A DNA stretch of 60,674 bases from Candidatus Parvarchaeota archaeon (GTDB lineage: Archaea > Nanobdellota > Nanobdellia > Parvarchaeales > Parvarchaeaceae), in contig JAGDXU010000003.1 in NCBI GenBank assembly GCA_023269965.1, positions 1 through 60,674 of the forward strand, given 5' to 3'. Position numbers and translations under genes: made by a program. Under the pieces are notes generated by a model, which made no database searches, was not told the DNA's origin, and saw nothing but the letters and a program-made list of their open reading frames with translations. Of this stretch, positions 9,615-19,114 are shown in pieces (positions within the stretch are counted from its first letter, which is position 1; each line of letters opens with the position of its first letter).

Positions 9615-9648
9615 TCCTTTCAAAAGCCGGCCACGAAAGATTAGATAT

Positions 9649-10098
9649 CTAGTAGAATTTGAATGAGAGAAGATTCTCCTCATAAAGTTCTATCCTGTTT
9701 AGAAGGTCGTTGAGGCTTCCTTCGCTAACCGAGAGGATTCTGCCACCTGGAAAGTTTGATATTGACTGCCCATTGGCATACCTGGTGACCAGGAGGAAGA
9801 ATATCCTCTTACCTACAAAGTTTTTGATGTCTATCTTGAGGTATTCTCTCATCCTCTCGATTTGCTTTAAGGTGAAATAGTTCTCTATAGAGGGTGAGAT
9901 ATACTTGTGGAATTTGCAGTCGACACAGAATACTCTGCTGTCGTCAAAAGCTATCAAGTCTATCTGGTACCTCCTGCCAGTCTTGAAGTTGATGTTCCTA
10001 AGGACTTTGTAATTAAATGATTCAAAGACATCAGCAACCTTATTCTCGAAGTCCTTCCATGGTACTTTGCTCTTCTCATACTTTATATCCAGATACAT
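9649..10098 (-). CDS. PD-(D/E)xK nuclease superfamily protein (restriction endonuclease-like)
   Basis: YQIDLIAFDD...VFCVDCKF fits a D...(D/E)xK catalytic core. Size is 149 aa. Confidence 0.5.
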   Translation of the reverse strand: MYLDIKYEKSKVPWKDFENKVADVFESFNYKVLRNINFKTGRRYQIDLIAFDDSRVFCVDCKFHKYISPSIENYFTLKQIERMREYLKIDIKNFVGKRIFFLLVTRYANGQSISNFPGGRILSVSEGSLNDLLNRIELYEENLLSFKFY

Positions 10099-10201
10099 AT
10101 CGTTATCTAAACAACAGATATATTATAATCTAAAATCGGCAAGGACAACCTGAAAAATCGGATTCAAAAAGAATAAAAAAGGCAGCTACATTAGACTTCA
10201 A

Positions 10202-11458
10202 ATGAAAAGAAATTGGCTTTACACAATATTGCCGATATCGGCCATTTCAAACGGGCTGGCTGTGCTGATCCCGCTCTACATATTGGCTTTGAAGGGCGAC
10301 GTATTCGATGTGGGTGTGGCGCTGACTATCTTCAATTTAGTGGGCATACCCGCATCCTTGTTTTGGGGAGACTTCACCGACAGGATCAAGAGAAACAAGC
10401 TGATAATCGTGGTGTCTATAGTAGGAACTATACCGATACTTTTGATACTTTACTTTGTGGCTTTTATACCAAGCATAGAAGCATCGTATGGCGTGTATTC
10501 ATTCATAGCGACGGCCGCGTCGCCTGCGATAAATATCCTCATAATGAAGAGAAACCGGAGCAAGTCGCTTCCAAGATACTTCAGCGAGTACAGTGTGCTC
10601 TCCATTCTAGGTGGTTTCATCGCGCTAGTGCCAGGCATATTGCTGGACAGGCAAAACATATCTGAATATTTGATAATGCTCCTGATTCTGAATGTCATCG
10701 CATTGATACTCGCGCTTAAGCTGATAGAGAAAGACAAGGCCCACAGAATCAAACAGGCAGTGGCTATAAAAAAGAGCTTTTCGCTTCTGAATGCGCTGAG
10801 TACGACGCCTCACATACTCACAGGATACGCATTGATAGAGAGGATTAGAAGTGCTATCAAGATAAAAAGCGTGAGGAGAGTGTACCTTCTACTCCTGACT
10901 ATGGCCTTGTTCGATGCAGGGCTTGCTCTTTTTAACACGTCATATATACCGTTTCTAAACGATAGAGGGGTGGATTTTGCTGGGATATTTGTGATCAACA
11001 TAGCAAATTACATCGGGCAGCTTGTAGTCTATACCCTGTTTATGTACTTCACAAGGAGATTCAATTTGGCAGCTTACTACGAGGTGTCGACCCTTCTAAG
11101 AGGCGCGTCTTACTTCCTTGCCTTTGTTCCGTTTATATTCACGTCTTTCCTCTTCTTCTACACGAATGTGGTCGCCTACCTGTTCAGCGGCATAGCATAT
11201 GCAATGTTCAATGTAGCTTCGTCTGTAATGATGTACAACCAAATAAACAAACTGAGCAGGGGCCATTACATAGGAATTTGGTTCTCAATACTTTCTCTGT
11301 CTACGGTTGTGAGCTCATTTTTCTCTGGTGTGCTTTCACAGGTGTTCAACTATTACTTAACGTTCTCTATAGCAATAATCATAATGCTCGGCTCATTCAT
11401 CGCGTTCAGGAACATCAGGAGGTCATACAGCCCGGCTAGCATGACTTCAGTAGATTAG
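10202..11458 (+). CDS. MFS-type transporter
   Basis: It is 418 aa with about 12 hydrophobic segments in a 6+6 layout and a central basic loop. Confidence 0.65.
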   Translation: MKRNWLYTILPISAISNGLAVLIPLYILALKGDVFDVGVALTIFNLVGIPASLFWGDFTDRIKRNKLIIVVSIVGTIPILLILYFVAFIPSIEASYGVYSFIATAASPAINILIMKRNRSKSLPRYFSEYSVLSILGGFIALVPGILLDRQNISEYLIMLLILNVIALILALKLIEKDKAHRIKQAVAIKKSFSLLNALSTTPHILTGYALIERIRSAIKIKSVRRVYLLLLTMALFDAGLALFNTSYIPFLNDRGVDFAGIFVINIANYIGQLVVYTLFMYFTRRFNLAAYYEVSTLLRGASYFLAFVPFIFTSFLFFYTNVVAYLFSGIAYAMFNVASSVMMYNQINKLSRGHYIGIWFSILSLSTVVSSFFSGVLSQVFNYYLTFSIAIIIMLGSFIAFRNIRRSYSPASMTSVD

Positions 11459-12163
11459 CTTATAACGGACAAGTATCTGCCTCAAAACCACTGAGGTAAC
11501 CAAAGACAGAATGAAATAAGTCCAAAACCAGTTCAACTGGTTGCCTAGAAACGGTATCGAGAAAGGCAGGTAGAAAATAACAAGTGTGTTTGGAGTGAAA
11601 GTGAGTTTTGCTGGGCCCAATGTGTATGATTTGGGTGTGTTAGATCCTATTAATCCCGCTAAAGATACATTGTAGGTCTTATTTGAAGTAGAGAGGAGAG
11701 CGGTGCAGTCATTTGAATTGACTGTGGAATTAAAGTCTAGCGATTTGACTACCTTCAGGGTTGTATTGTATCCTCCATTCAAACTTATGCATTTATTAAC
11801 CGAAGAAAGTGAACCGTTGAATGTGCCTGATATCGAGAGAGGCAATGGCTGTCCGATCGCAATCGGCACCGTTGAAAGATAGAAATCCAATACAAAGAAT
11901 ATTATCAAAAAAGGAATAAATGTGACATAGGTGGGCTTCATGGTGTGCTTCATCATGGTGGCGTTGTGCTTCAATAGCTGGGACTGAAGCTCCATGAACT
12001 CGGGATCTGTTCTATTCTTGCCTCTCAACTGTGTCTGAAGCTCCTTTATCTTTATCTTAAGGTCTCGGATTAAATTTTGGTCGACCAAAAAAAGATAGGA
12101 TAGTTGCCCGGCTGCGCCTACAAGTATCCCCGTTATTATGACTATCCAAGCTTCCAGTAGCAT
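11447..12163 (-). CDS. DUF106 / EMC3-TMCO1-Oxa1-like membrane insertase homologue with an enlarged extracytoplasmic loop
   Basis: It has TM1, then a basic coiled-coil (IRDLKIKIKELQTQLRGK...MELQSQLLKHN), then TM2 and a C-terminal TM. It sits in the conserved position immediately downstream of secY. Confidence 0.65.
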   Translation of the reverse strand: MLLEAWIVIITGILVGAAGQLSYLFLVDQNLIRDLKIKIKELQTQLRGKNRTDPEFMELQSQLLKHNATMMKHTMKPTYVTFIPFLIIFFVLDFYLSTVPIAIGQPLPLSISGTFNGSLSSVNKCISLNGGYNTTLKVVKSLDFNSTVNSNDCTALLSTSNKTYNVSLAGLIGSNTPKSYTLGPAKLTFTPNTLVIFYLPFSIPFLGNQLNWFWTYFILSLVTSVVLRQILVRYKLIY

Positions 12164-12167
12164 CCAA

Positions 12168-13565
12168 TCACTCCATCGTCTCCCCAGTCAGTTTTTCCTT
12201 TATAGGCTTGAACTCCTGGGCATTTTCATTCATAAGAGACGTATAGAATTGATACACAATCATCACTATAAGTAGTATTCCTATCCCGGCTGTCAAGGTG
12301 TCAAGGAACGTCGCAAGGGCTGCGATTATGCCTGTTATTGCACCCCCAAGTAAAGAGAGTGGTATTATGTAACGCTTCAATATGTCAGTTAAGACCCTCT
12401 CATCCCTTCTAAATCCAGGCATAGAAAGGCCAGAGGATATCAGCTGCGATGCGACTGATTTTGGATCTTGGCTGCCAAGAAATATCCAAAGGTAGGAGAA
12501 GATCGCTGCACCTATCATCAACACAAGCGTATAGATCACCATGGACTCGATTTGCAGTGCTGTTATTCCAGTGGTTGTCGCGCTTATGTAAAGTTGTTGA
12601 ATATTAGGTGGGGACAAAAACGCCGCTATCCCGCTCACTGGAACCTGCTGCACTCCAAAAATAGTAGATTCAGTCGTGAACTTTCCCAGTATGGGTATGC
12701 CCAGATGATAGAGCTCTAGGCCAAAGAATTGCACACCTGCGACAAGGGAAACGACCAATACTATCGGGATTATGCTCGTGTAGAAAAGCGCAACGGGCCA
12801 CCTTATCGCGTAGCCTCTGAGCCTTCCAAACGCAAGTGGAAGTTCAACTTTTACGCCCTGAAGCCATATTGACACTGCGAACAATGCTACCGTCGATATT
12901 ATAGCTATGACTGGAAACAGCGCATCGAGGGGAACTCCAGACATCAACGAGCTTATTATAGATGGTATTGCCCCGGCCGGTGATATGAACGGGTTGAAGG
13001 TGGTGTTTATTAGCTGCAAGGATATCCCAGCAAGTATGAAGAGACTTATGCCTGAACCGATGCCCCACTTACTCGTGATTTCATCCATGAATATAAGAAC
13101 TATACCTGCAGCTATCAGCTGTACAAGCATAATAGTGGGGTAAAACCACCCTGGGCCAGCGGGAGCTATCGCGCCGCTGAAAACATAGACTGCATTCTCT
13201 ATTATCACAAATGCTATCGCTGAGATCTTCTGTATGCCTTGGAATATGACTCTCCCCTCCCTTGTGCTTGTGTCTATGTGTATTATATCAGTACCTTGAA
13301 GCATCTGTATGATTATGCTCGCACTGACTATTGGGCCTATACCAAGAGAAAGCAATGAACCGAAATGCGATGCAAGAAGGACCTGAAGGATCTCAAAATT
13401 CAGGCTGTAGGTCTTGCTCACTCCAAAAAGTGGGGTAAATGACATCACTATGAAAAGCAGGAGCATCACCAACGTCCAAAAAAGCTTTGTCTTGAGCGTC
13501 AATTTTACTTCTGGCACTGGTATTGAAGGCAAATTCGATAAGAAATTCTTCAACTTCTCATTCAT
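12168..13565 (-). CDS. secY: Preprotein translocase subunit SecY
   Basis: It is 465 aa with 10 TM segments. It carries the conserved SLGIGPIVSASIIIQML motif and follows uL15. Confidence 0.93.
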   Translation of the reverse strand: MNEKLKNFLSNLPSIPVPEVKLTLKTKLFWTLVMLLLFIVMSFTPLFGVSKTYSLNFEILQVLLASHFGSLLSLGIGPIVSASIIIQMLQGTDIIHIDTSTREGRVIFQGIQKISAIAFVIIENAVYVFSGAIAPAGPGWFYPTIMLVQLIAAGIVLIFMDEITSKWGIGSGISLFILAGISLQLINTTFNPFISPAGAIPSIISSLMSGVPLDALFPVIAIISTVALFAVSIWLQGVKVELPLAFGRLRGYAIRWPVALFYTSIIPIVLVVSLVAGVQFFGLELYHLGIPILGKFTTESTIFGVQQVPVSGIAAFLSPPNIQQLYISATTTGITALQIESMVIYTLVLMIGAAIFSYLWIFLGSQDPKSVASQLISSGLSMPGFRRDERVLTDILKRYIIPLSLLGGAITGIIAALATFLDTLTAGIGILLIVMIVYQFYTSLMNENAQEFKPIKEKLTGETME

Positions 13566-13568
13566 ATT

Positions 13569-13970
13569 CTACTCGCTTACTTCTCCGCCATTTTGAAGTA
13601 TGCTTTCCTTTGCCCGCTCTGATACCTTCCCGTGAACGGAAAGCTTCGGTCCCTGGCCTTTGAATTTTCCGCAGACTTTTGTGTACACTCCACTCTTGCT
13701 TAAATCGACCACCAGCTTTCCTTCTTTCTCTTCGATTATCCCTGCTTCCTTCAGCTTATCAAGATGAGACTGCAGATATGAGAGATTCAAAGGCATCTTC
13801 TTCTTTGTTTTTGTCTCCTTTATGTAGAACTTTATAGATGCGAATTTCTGCTGTCCTCTCTTCCCCCCGCCGGCCCTTCCTCTTCCGCCTCTGAGGCCAG
13901 CTCCACTCCTTGATCTCTTGCCTGAGCCTCTGCCTGCTGTCGAACTACCTCTTAATTTCCTGCTCTTCAT
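13569..13970 (-). CDS. rpl15: Ribosomal protein uL15
   Basis: It has a Gly/Arg-rich N-terminus (GRGSGKRSRSGAGLRGGRGRAGGGKRGQQKF) and lies between uL30 and secY. Confidence 0.9.
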   Translation of the reverse strand: MKSRKLRGSSTAGRGSGKRSRSGAGLRGGRGRAGGGKRGQQKFASIKFYIKETKTKKKMPLNLSYLQSHLDKLKEAGIIEEKEGKLVVDLSKSGVYTKVCGKFKGQGPKLSVHGKVSERAKESILQNGGEVSE

Positions 13971-13977
13971 ATTATAC

Positions 13978-14412
13978 CTACATCATCCTGTTCAATAAAT
14001 CGTTTATTTTCTCCTTTCTATAGCCAATGCCCCCTCCAACTTGAAAGGACGCATCCTTGCCTTTCCTGCCAAAGCCTCCTCTAGGTGGGTGTAGCCTAAA
14101 AACATTCTTCAACCCAATGTCCTGAAGCTTTGATTTTCCATCAAAAAATGAATCTATGAAAGCATTCAAATCATCGACCTTTTTGCCTTTTTTCTTTAAA
14201 GCCTTGCCTATCAATTTAGCCGCTGTATCTTTATCCAATTCGCCGTACGTAATGACCCCTTCTGCTTGACGGAGCAATCCCATCATTGCAGGGTTCTTGT
14301 CGAGTATGACAGCGTTGTTCTGCTTCTTTAGATTCAAGGCCACTACCGCACGCCTGATGCTTGCGTTAGCTCTTATGATCGACCTTATTCTTACCGCGCA
14401 AATCTTTTCCAT
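13978..14412 (-). CDS. rpl30: Ribosomal protein uL30
   Basis: AVRIRSIIRANASIRRAVVALNLKK is typical of L30P/L7e. Operon position supports the call. Confidence 0.9.
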   Translation of the reverse strand: MEKICAVRIRSIIRANASIRRAVVALNLKKQNNAVILDKNPAMMGLLRQAEGVITYGELDKDTAAKLIGKALKKKGKKVDDLNAFIDSFFDGKSKLQDIGLKNVFRLHPPRGGFGRKGKDASFQVGGGIGYRKEKINDLLNRMM

Positions 14413-14415
14413 ATC

Positions 14416-15144
14416 TCACTTCACACCTAAATTCTCAGCAACGCTCTTGCTGTATCTGAAAAGACTGAGCGAATGAAGCGCATCAAAGACGGCGTAGCCT
14501 AGGTTTATCCTTGTACCTGCTTTACCCTCTACCTTTGACCATACATCCTTTACTCCAGCCAGCCTCATTATTATCTTGATGTCATCCGCAACGCACAGGC
14601 CTATCCCCTTTGGCGCTGGAATCAACTCTACCCTCACTGAGCCGCTCTTCCCCCTCACTTTGAAGGGTATTGAGTGCGTTCCATGACATGTACACTCCCA
14701 GCTCCCACAGCCGAACTTTATCTTAATCATGTTCAATTTTGCCTTCTTTGCTGCCTTCTCCTTTGCTATCACAGACTCAAGCCCGCTTCCCTTGCCAACA
14801 CCTATATGTCCTCTTCCGTCTCCTACCACAGCTACGGCTGAGAAGTGCTGGGTCTTACCTTCGGCTGTGACTTTCTGGGTATTTTTGACTATCCTTCTCT
14901 TTCCTCCGCCTAGCTTACCCTTTGACTGCCCTATGTATAGAAATTCCGTCTTTAGATCCGGTATCAAATAGTCTACAATTCCTTCCTCGAGGATCGGGAG
15001 GTTCTTTGAGAATATCTCATCTATATCCTTTATCTCGCCTGAAAGTACTTTTCTACCGAGCTCTGTCCTAAAATTATAGGTCTTAGAGCTTTCCTTCTTA
15101 GTTTCTTCCACTGCTTCAATTTCCTTCTCAGGTTCACTTTCCAT
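14416..15144 (-). CDS. rps5: Ribosomal protein uS5
   Basis: The VVGDGRGHIGVGKG motif is present. Operon position supports the call. Confidence 0.92.
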   Translation of the reverse strand: MESEPEKEIEAVEETKKESSKTYNFRTELGRKVLSGEIKDIDEIFSKNLPILEEGIVDYLIPDLKTEFLYIGQSKGKLGGGKRRIVKNTQKVTAEGKTQHFSAVAVVGDGRGHIGVGKGSGLESVIAKEKAAKKAKLNMIKIKFGCGSWECTCHGTHSIPFKVRGKSGSVRVELIPAPKGIGLCVADDIKIIMRLAGVKDVWSKVEGKAGTRINLGYAVFDALHSLSLFRYSKSVAENLGVK

Positions 15145-15652
15145 ATTCGTTCAACTTTTTAAGCACATTATCAAACTCATCTTTCATGTTATTTATGGTT
15201 TTTCCAACAGCTGAAAACTGATTGCCTGTGACACCCTTGCTTGCGTACTCAACTATGTGCTTCCCGGATAGCCTGTCCTCTGTGATGTCAAATTCCTTGG
15301 TGTGCACGTCTATCCCTGCATCACTCGCTCCCTTCATGAAATAGTATATGAAGCTGTCTTTCTTCAGAGTCCTGGTCCCTTTGTCAAGTATGGCCTCTTT
15401 TGCGCTTGATTTCTTTCCAAGCAGGAAACCAGAGAGATAAGCAGCCGGTGAGTTCTTAAGACCGAAGTTCCAGCCGTATGACCTCAATTCCTTGCTGTAC
15501 ACCGAGGCCAATGTTTTGTCACCGCTCTCGCCATACTCTACTATCTGGCCTATGATCATACTGTTTGTCTTCCTTACTACAAGCCTCGGGAGCCTGGACT
15601 TAAGCATGCCAAGCCTAGCGCGGTAGTTAGTAGTCTTATTTTTTCTCATCAT
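15134..15652 (-). CDS. rpl18: Ribosomal protein uL18
   Basis: The N-terminus YRARLGMLKSRLPRLVVRKTN is typical of uL18. Operon position supports the call. Confidence 0.9.
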   Translation of the reverse strand: MMRKNKTTNYRARLGMLKSRLPRLVVRKTNSMIIGQIVEYGESGDKTLASVYSKELRSYGWNFGLKNSPAAYLSGFLLGKKSSAKEAILDKGTRTLKKDSFIYYFMKGASDAGIDVHTKEFDITEDRLSGKHIVEYASKGVTGNQFSAVGKTINNMKDEFDNVLKKLNEYGK

Positions 15653-16106
15653 AATTTGCTCCTTTACCTTTCACGGTTTCGCTTATATAATTTCTAAGGT
15701 GCGATACACTGTGGAAGCTATTACCCTTCACCTTTATATAGAGCTTCCTAAACGTTTTCTTGTCGATATTGCCCTTTTCCAACTGTGATCTTAATTCTGC
15801 TCTGAGCGCCCTAACCTTGTATCTCCAGTCGAATCCTGACCTTGCATGTGCCTTCCCTTTCCTGCTGCCCATCCCTCTCCTTCTTCCCTTTGATTTTTTC
15901 AGACTAAGCTCTCTGCTCCTGCCCCTAGATTGGAAGTTTTCATTCCTTTTCTTTATAACACCTTTGTCTATCAAGCTGCTGATGTCTTCCCTTGTTAATG
16001 CGCTCTTTATGTCCTTATACTTCGATGGGTCTATCCAGACTCTATTCTCGCCCACACCGAGTATTTCACTTGCTAATCTTCTCTGTGTCTTCAGTCCGCT
16101 TACCAT
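15636..16106 (-). CDS. rpl19e: Ribosomal protein eL19
   Basis: LKTQRRLASEILGVGENRVWIDP is the typical L19e N-terminus. Confidence 0.92.
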   Translation of the reverse strand: MVSGLKTQRRLASEILGVGENRVWIDPSKYKDIKSALTREDISSLIDKGVIKKRNENFQSRGRSRELSLKKSKGRRRGMGSRKGKAHARSGFDWRYKVRALRAELRSQLEKGNIDKKTFRKLYIKVKGNSFHSVSHLRNYISETVKGKGANYDEKK

Positions 16107-16425
16107 AGTTCAATACCTTTATTCCTTTTGTTTTACACTCATCCAATATCTTCTTTCTCTTCAGCGCTCCAATTGAGCCGGCTATTATCGCGATGTTCTT
16201 GTCTTTATCCAAGCCTGCTATATCCATCATAGACCTCACCAAGACTGGCTGCAAACCACTTATCTTGAACCTGCCCGAGCTGCTACCCTTAAAACCCTTT
16301 GATGGGATAGGCGCATGGCCCTTATGCCCCAGCCTGGTTCTGTTCTTCTTGCCTCTAGGCTTTCTCCATGAAAAGCCCAATCTTTTCAACTTGCTTGAAT
16401 CTCTTTTTTTAAACTCCATATTCAC
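16066..16425 (-). CDS. rpl32e: Ribosomal protein eL32
   Basis: KLKRLGFSWRKPRGKKNR is an L32e signature. Operon position supports the call. Confidence 0.88.
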   Translation of the reverse strand: MNMEFKKRDSSKLKRLGFSWRKPRGKKNRTRLGHKGHAPIPSKGFKGSSSGRFKISGLQPVLVRSMMDIAGLDKDKNIAIIAGSIGALKRKKILDECKTKGIKVLNYGKRTEDTEKISK

Positions 16426-16946
16426 TCCGGTTTCTTTACTATGAATATCCCATCCTTGAATACTCTTCTATCCTTGTTTTTTATTTGAACTTTTTTTTCT
16501 ATCGTGCCTGCGACCTGTCCAACCTTGTATTTGTCTATCCCCTCTAAGGTTATCTTTGTCCCCTGGACTTTCGCTTTCACATCGTTTGGAAGAGGTATCT
16601 CTCTTGCTTTCCTCTCGCCGACGAAGTTCTCAACCACCAGCTTGTTAGAGACAAGCTTCATCGAGGCTGGGAAATGTGTATAAACCAGCTCCAGCTCCGC
16701 CGTATAACCCTCCTTTACCCCCTTTACCATGTTCCGAACCTGCGCATTTAAAGCCCCAGCTATTGCCTTCTGATAGTCAGTGTCTTTCTTGCATTCTATA
16801 TATATTGTGTCTCCTTCTTTCCTTACAGACAGAAATGAGTAGACAATCTTCGCCCTCGCCTCTCCCTTTGGGCCGTTAACGATTATCTCTCCGCCTTCTA
16901 TCTTCACATCCGCGCCGTCAAGCTGTGTGGAAAATTTAGTAGACAT
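16422..16946 (-). CDS. rpl6: Ribosomal protein uL6
   Basis: It is 174 aa with a two-domain beta-rich pattern and lies between uS8 and eL32. Confidence 0.9.
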   Translation of the reverse strand: MSTKFSTQLDGADVKIEGGEIIVNGPKGEARAKIVYSFLSVRKEGDTIYIECKKDTDYQKAIAGALNAQVRNMVKGVKEGYTAELELVYTHFPASMKLVSNKLVVENFVGERKAREIPLPNDVKAKVQGTKITLEGIDKYKVGQVAGTIEKKVQIKNKDRRVFKDGIFIVKKPE

Positions 16947-17322
16947 AAGCTATAAGACTGCCTCCGATACCATTCTTCCTGGCCTCTGCATTCGTCATCA
17001 ACCCCTTGCTGGTTGAGAGTATGAGCATACCAAAACCTATCGCAGGTAGAAACCTTTCCTCATATTTCTGTATCTCATTCACCTTCACAGGGAGTCTTGG
17101 CCTGATCGATTTGCACTTATTGAGGTTCTCATTCATTGTGACCTTTATGAACCCACCCCTTGCATCGTTTATGACCTCATATTTGTCTATATACCCACCT
17201 TCTTTCATTATATCCAATATCTTTAGGATGAAATTTGACATCGGCGTTATTATACACTCTTTCTTGGCGGACACCTTCGAAGTGTACATAACATTCAAGG
17301 CATTTGAAACTTGGTCTGTCAT
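16936..17322 (-). CDS. rps8: Ribosomal protein uS8
   Basis: It is 128 aa. The N-terminus DQVSNALNVMYTSKVSAKKECII and the C-terminus GGSLIAYVY are typical of S8. Confidence 0.9.
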   Translation of the reverse strand: MTDQVSNALNVMYTSKVSAKKECIITPMSNFILKILDIMKEGGYIDKYEVINDARGGFIKVTMNENLNKCKSIRPRLPVKVNEIQKYEERFLPAIGFGMLILSTSKGLMTNAEARKNGIGGSLIAYVY

Positions 17323-17328
17323 ATTTGA

Positions 17329-17565
17329 TCAAACCTCCTTACCGTACTTCTTGAAGCCCATCTCTTTGCTGACCTCTTTGAAGCATTCTCTGCAGTAGTT
17401 TAAGCCGTGTATTTTTATGTGAGCTTCATGCCGATTGCACCTTACACACCTGTTCTTCCCCAGCCCATATGGTCTTTCCTTCGGCTTGTTGAACCTCATC
17501 ATTCTAGCCCGCTTGACAGGCTTGCTCTGCAATGAATCCAATATTCTCTCGTATGCGTTTTCCAT
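17329..17565 (-). CDS. rps14: Ribosomal protein uS14 (zinc-ribbon type)
   Basis: It has the zinc ribbon CVRCNRHEAHIKIHGLNYCRECF. The track ORF is 78 aa. An internal Met at 17502 (MMRFNKPKERPYG...) would give the usual ~57 aa protein. Confidence 0.88.
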   Translation of the reverse strand: MENAYERILDSLQSKPVKRARMMRFNKPKERPYGLGKNRCVRCNRHEAHIKIHGLNYCRECFKEVSKEMGFKKYGKEV

Positions 17566-17566
17566 A

Positions 17567-18094
17567 TCAATCCGATACCTGTAGATTATACTTTTTAGAT
17601 ATAAACTCTATGGCTTCCTCCTTTGTTATCCTATGGCTACTTCCAACCTTTCTTTTCACCCTTTTCCTAGATATGCTGAAACCCGGCCTTGAAAGTGTGA
17701 CAGCAGCTGACAATCCAACTATGCCGACAGTGTAATCATACTTGGCGCCAGGAATATGAACATATTCCGGTATGCCGAAGGAGAAATTTCCACTCTTATC
17801 AAACTTTGACTTGCTTAACTTCCTGTCTACGCCTTCAAGAAGCCTGCCAAGGATCTCCTCCGCGGCCTTGCCCCTAAGCGTCACAGCGGTGCCTATGTCC
17901 AATCCAGGCCTGATCCCCCACTCCGGTATCCTGCGCTTAGATTTTGTCTTGAACGGCTTAGCGCCTGATATGTTCCTCAGGAGATTCTGCACCTTTTCCA
18001 ATTCATCACCTGCTTTGCCTACACCTATGTTTAGCGTGACCTTCTCGATCCTTATATTACGCATCTTATTATCCTTGTTCATAACACCATACAC
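17567..18094 (-). CDS. rpl5: Ribosomal protein uL5
   Basis: MRNIRIEKVTLNIGVG is present. Operon position supports the call. Confidence 0.92.
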   Translation of the reverse strand: MYGVMNKDNKMRNIRIEKVTLNIGVGKAGDELEKVQNLLRNISGAKPFKTKSKRRIPEWGIRPGLDIGTAVTLRGKAAEEILGRLLEGVDRKLSKSKFDKSGNFSFGIPEYVHIPGAKYDYTVGIVGLSAAVTLSRPGFSISRKRVKRKVGSSHRITKEEAIEFISKKYNLQVSD

Positions 18095-18741
18095 GAATCT
18101 ATGTTCGCCTTTATCTTCCCTTCCTTCGTTTCCAGCTCCACTTCCCTGTCAGCTATCTCTCTTATCCTCCCGACCTTCCCGGCGTTCTTCCCCATGAAGA
18201 TTATTATCTCTTTCCCTTGCTCCATCGGCAGGACTTTTTCTATCTTCTTTGTATTTAAATCTATGATTATAGAGTCGTTCACGCTGACATTTTTCTCGTC
18301 CATCTTCACGTTGGAGCCGTCGCTTAATGATAAGATCTGGACACCACCTTTGTCGTAGTGCTTCGATATCACCTTGAGTTTCTTTTTCCCCGCGCCTTCA
18401 TCATCTGGGACGGAGATAAGCTTGCCCCTTTCATCAAGCCAAACTTTGAAGTTTTTGCCCTTTACAGAGATTAAATCGCCGAAACCTATCTCTCTCTTCC
18501 TGTCCTTTATGGTCTTCCCATCTACCTTTACATAGCCCTGCTTTATGAGGAAATTCGCTTCTCTTGCGTTGCTTGCTATTTTCATGATATCCCTCAAAAA
18601 TCCGGCCAGCGCTATTGAATACTGCTTCTTATGCGAACTTGGAAGCGGCCTGAAGTAATACTTGTATTTCTTCCTCGGTATGACCACTCTGCTTGTCACA
18701 GCGCTTCTCTTCACATGCTTCGACTCACCGTGCTTTACCAT
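18079..18741 (-). CDS. rps4e: Ribosomal protein eS4
   Basis: It has HVKRSAVTSRVVIPRKKYKYYFRPLPSSHK plus a KOW-like C-terminal region. Confidence 0.9.
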   Translation of the reverse strand: MVKHGESKHVKRSAVTSRVVIPRKKYKYYFRPLPSSHKKQYSIALAGFLRDIMKIASNAREANFLIKQGYVKVDGKTIKDRKREIGFGDLISVKGKNFKVWLDERGKLISVPDDEGAGKKKLKVISKHYDKGGVQILSLSDGSNVKMDEKNVSVNDSIIIDLNTKKIEKVLPMEQGKEIIIFMGKNAGKVGRIREIADREVELETKEGKIKANIDSCMVL

Positions 18742-19114
18742 ATTTCTGTATGCCCTTCTCCCTCAGCTTATCAGACATGTTCAGCTCCTTTATTAATAGA
18801 GCTGAAGGCCTGATCTTTATGGGTATCTTTGTACCTTTCTTGCTTGTTATCTTTGCGCTATCAACAGTAACTCTGAGCTGCTTAGTATAGACTTTCTCTA
18901 TCTTTCCTTCTGAACCCTTGAATTTGCCCCTCATGATAACCACGGTGTCGCCCTTCCTTATCGGGAAGGATCTTGTGTGGTACTGCTGCCTCAGCTCTTT
19001 TGACAGATGTGCAGAGAGCATCTTATGCTTTAAATGAAGCGGAGCATTGGCTCTATACTTCCTCTGCTTACGAGGCGATTTGCTCCCTTTCCAATGTTTA
19101 CTGAACTCTTTCAT
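18725..19114 (-). CDS. rpl24: Ribosomal protein uL24
   Basis: It has the KOW motif RKGDTVVIMRGKFKGSEGKIEKV. Confidence 0.9.
   Translation of the reverse strand: MKEFSKHWKGSKSPRKQRKYRANAPLHLKHKMLSAHLSKELRQQYHTRSFPIRKGDTVVIMRGKFKGSEGKIEKVYTKQLRVTVDSAKITSKKGTKIPIKIRPSALLIKELNMSDKLREKGIQKYGKAR

Noticed and set aside
10213-10665. A 150 aa alternative-frame ORF inside the MFS transporter gene
   Set aside because: It is on the same strand in a different frame, with an Arg/His/Gly-rich composition atypical of this genome. The 418 aa transporter frame explains the region.
17503-17565. An N-terminal 21 aa extension of uS14 as a novel feature
   Set aside because: It is most likely an artefact of taking the longest ORF. 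The internal Met at 17502 gives a standard-length uS14.
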